A stretch of 64,000 bases of DNA from Candidatus Brocadiia bacterium (GTDB lineage: Bacteria > Planctomycetota > Brocadiia > SM23-32), in NCBI GenBank assembly GCA_046538485.1, contig JBKHIT010000004.1, forward strand, positions 1 through 64,000. The letters run 5' to 3'. The translations under genes and the position numbers were made by a program. Below are positions 61,488 to 64,000 of the stretch, one piece after another. Numbering within the stretch: the first letter of the stretch is position 1; every line of letters begins with the position of its first letter. Under the pieces are notes generated by a model, which worked only from the letters and a program-made list of their open reading frames with translations, had not been told where the DNA came from and ran no database searches.

Positions 61488-62858
61488 TTATTCGACCGGC
61501 GGGTTATCTTTCAGGGACGATAGAGACGTTTTAAGCTCTTCCTCGGGCAACGTAGAATCTTCAAGCCCTTCGCTCAGGTAGCTATCATAAGCCATCAGAT
61601 CCATCAAACCGTGGCCGCTGTAATTGAAAAGTATAACCTTTTCCCGGCCTTCTTCTTTGGCTTTTAAGGCTTCGCGAATGGTTGCTGCTATAGCGTGGCT
61701 GGTTTCCGGCGCACAAATGCTCCCTTCCGTACGCGCCCATTGGAGCGCAGCCTGGTAGCACTCAAGCTGATCCAGCGCCAGGGGCGACATAAGGTCATCA
61801 ACGATCGCCTGGCTGATCAACGGAGCCATTCCATGGTACCTGAGTCCGCCCGCATGGATGCCCGGCGGGATAAACTCATGACCCAAGGAGTGCATCGGGA
61901 GCAGCGGCGTCGTGCAGGCGACATCGCCGAAATCATACGCAAACTCACCACGTGTCATTGTCGGACACGCTGTCGGCTCCACCGGGACGACTTCAATATC
62001 GGCGCCGTTGATCTTGTCCGCGACGAATGGAAACGACAATCCGGCGAAGTTACTGCCTCCCCCGCAACAACCAACCAGGACATCGGGCTGTTTCTCGCCG
62101 GCCAGTTTCAGTTGCTTTTTCGCCTCGAGACCAATCACCGTCTGGTGAAGGAGGACGTGATTCAACACGCTACCGAGCGAGTAACGGGTTTTGCCTTCTT
62201 CATCAGATATTGCTTCTTCGATTGCCTCACTGATAGCGATACCGAGACTTCCGGGCGTATCAGGCTTTTCGGCAAGCACATTTCGCCCTGCTGCGGTTTC
62301 TTTACTGGGACTCGGCACGCAATTGCCGCCCCAAACCTTCATCATAATTTTTCGGAACGGTTTCTGATCATAGCTGATGCGAACCATGAAAACCTTGCAC
62401 TCGAGTCCGATCAGCTGGCAAGCGAATGATAGTGCGCTCCCCCACTGCCCTGCCCCCGTCTCTGTAGTCAACTTTTCAACCCCGAATTGTTTGTTATACC
62501 AGGCCTGAGCAACCGCCGTGTTCGGTTTGTGACTGCCCGGTGGACTGACACTTTCATCTTTGTAGTAGATCCGCGCCGGTGTATCGAGTTCTCTTTCGAG
62601 GTAGATAGCACGACGCAACGGGCTCGGGCGCCAACGCCGTAGGATGTCCAGGATCCCTTCCGGAATATCGATCCACCGCTCGGCACTCATCTCCTGTTCG
62701 ATCAAATTCATCGGAAAAATCGGAGCCATTGTCTCCGCGCTGATCGGCGTTCCGTCGGCTGTTAAGGGCGGACGTAGCGGATTGGGCAAATCTGCCGCGA
62801 GGTTATACCACTGGCGCGGCAAATTTTTTTCGCTTAACTGTATTTTCACTTCTTCCAT
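61488..62858 (-). CDS. trpB2: TrpB-like PLP-dependent enzyme (tryptophan synthase beta type 2)
   Basis: [61 protein letters not shown]. Confidence 0.93.
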   Translation of the reverse strand: MEEVKIQLSEKNLPRQWYNLAADLPNPLRPPLTADGTPISAETMAPIFPMNLIEQEMSAERWIDIPEGILDILRRWRPSPLRRAIYLERELDTPARIYYKDESVSPPGSHKPNTAVAQAWYNKQFGVEKLTTETGAGQWGSALSFACQLIGLECKVFMVRISYDQKPFRKIMMKVWGGNCVPSPSKETAAGRNVLAEKPDTPGSLGIAISEAIEEAISDEEGKTRYSLGSVLNHVLLHQTVIGLEAKKQLKLAGEKQPDVLVGCCGGGSNFAGLSFPFVADKINGADIEVVPVEPTACPTMTRGEFAYDFGDVACTTPLLPMHSLGHEFIPPGIHAGGLRYHGMAPLISQAIVDDLMSPLALDQLECYQAALQWARTEGSICAPETSHAIAATIREALKAKEEGREKVILFNYSGHGLMDLMAYDSYLSEGLEDSTLPEEELKTSLSSLKDNPPVE

Positions 62859-62959
62859 AACAACTCCTTTAGCAGATCTTGGCAAAACGGGAATACTGTA
62901 GCGTCAGCGGCGCAGAAATTCAAACGTCAGCACCCAGCTGACGGCCCCGTCCGCCGACG

Positions 62960-64000
62960 TTATTCGTCGAAACTACGCGGTGTGGCGGCCCGCGCCACAG
63001 CACGAAGTCGGTTCACCCAAAGTCTCCATTCCCGGTCCATTACTTTAAGCAGCCCCTCCCAGTCTCTCCCTGTGAGATTTACAAGGCCAGGATTATCATC
63101 CATGGTCATCCCGTAAACCTCCAGTAATTGGTTCACAAATTCCTCAAGACTATAAGGCTCAGCGGAATGCCGGGCCCGACGCCGCATCTGCGCGGTTTCG
63201 TCGGAGGTCAGCCCCGCCACCCACCGCAAGGCATTACTGAAAATTTCCGGAGACTCCTCGTCAACAAGCATACCGTTGGCGCGCTGTGCTACGATTTGCC
63301 GGACTCCGGGAGCGTTCAGTGCGACTACAGGGCATCCCGCCGCAAGCGCCTCCGCAAGCACCACTCCTTGAGTCTCACTTCGGGAGGCAAACGCAAACAC
63401 ATCGAAGGCCGCGTATACATCAATCAAGTCCTGGTTTTTAAGCGTGCCCGCAAAAATAACCTTCGAGCTTACATCCGCATCAAAAATGTCCTGAAGCTCG
63501 TCAGCGGAAGGCCCCTCCCCCACTACCAGAAAATATGAATTCTCCTCGAGTTTCAGAAAGCGTTGCACGGACCGCCCCAAAAACTTGAGATTCTTCTCCG
63601 GTGCCAGTCTGCCCACGTATCCCACAACAAAAGCATCCGCTGGAATTCCGTGCTGTCCACGGGCCCTGTCCCTATCGCCCGAAGAAAACTTCTCCAGTTT
63701 CACACCTGTAGGCACGACATTGATCGGAGTTTCAACGCCTCTTTCCTCAAGAAGAGCTGCGATGCTGAGCCCGGGGGCTATGACCCGATGGCACAAGTTC
63801 GCATATCCCGTCGTCAATTCGACCACAAATCTTTTGATACCCTCAAATTGGAGTGGCACATATTCCGTACAATCTTCGTAGCGGGTGTGATGCGTGAAAA
63901 CGAGAGGTAAGTGCCGCGACGCCGCCACTCTGAGTCCCAGATCTCCAATCAGAAAAGGATAGTGAGAATGCAGAATATCCGGGCGAAAATCGTCAAGAAT
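62960..64000 (-). CDS. Glycosyltransferase family 4 (5' end beyond the window)
   Basis: Frame stays open to the window edge (..PDILHSHYPF..); THHT.YE, VGRLA.EKN, SETQGVVLAEALA.G.PVV. Confidence 0.9.
   Translation of the reverse strand: MLDDFRPDILHSHYPFLIGDLGLRVAASRHLPLVFTHHTRYEDCTEYVPLQFEGIKRFVVELTTGYANLCHRVIAPGLSIAALLEERGVETPINVVPTGVKLEKFSSGDRDRARGQHGIPADAFVVGYVGRLAPEKNLKFLGRSVQRFLKLEENSYFLVVGEGPSADELQDIFDADVSSKVIFAGTLKNQDLIDVYAAFDVFAFASRSETQGVVLAEALAAGCPVVALNAPGVRQIVAQRANGMLVDEESPEIFSNALRWVAGLTSDETAQMRRRARHSAEPYSLEEFVNQLLEVYGMTMDDNPGLVNLTGRDWEGLLKVMDREWRLWVNRLRAVARAATPRSFDE

Noticed and set aside
1..64000. tRNA, rRNA, transposase, integrase or phage genes
   Set aside because: No cloverleaf, rRNA-like tract or recombinase motif was recognised by eye; a covariance-model scan would be needed to exclude small RNAs.

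Overview
Bacterial chromosomal window, most likely PVC superphylum / Planctomycetota. This is inferred from three prepilin-type '[20 protein letters not shown]' DUF1559-like genes, BatA/vWA genes and UroD-family paralogues. It holds about 38 CDS. No rRNA, tRNA, CRISPR array or transposase was seen. Main blocks: (1) a REP-like inverted-repeat array with short-tandem-repeat spacers at the left edge; (2) housekeeping genes (argB, family-4 UDG, RNase HII-like, LonC-type protease, hom, ApgM-like, cysS, sppA, murJ, trpB2, tatD); (3) a glycan-utilisation-like locus of about 17 kb (GH130, sugar epimerase, GntR/LacI regulator, three pilin-like cassettes, two paralogous 1300-1400 aa secreted proteins, nagA), interrupted by an antisense four-helix-bundle gene carrying 10-bp-repeat hairpins both inside and just beyond its coding sequence; (4) a glycogen cluster (galT-like, glgA, sensor kinase, single-domain receiver overlapping glgC, DUF4912-like, GH57); (5) an FHA/pilin-like membrane protein coupled to a HAMP histidine kinase. 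All product calls come from motif reading by eye, with no database search. Several start codons were moved downstream of the ORF-track start.
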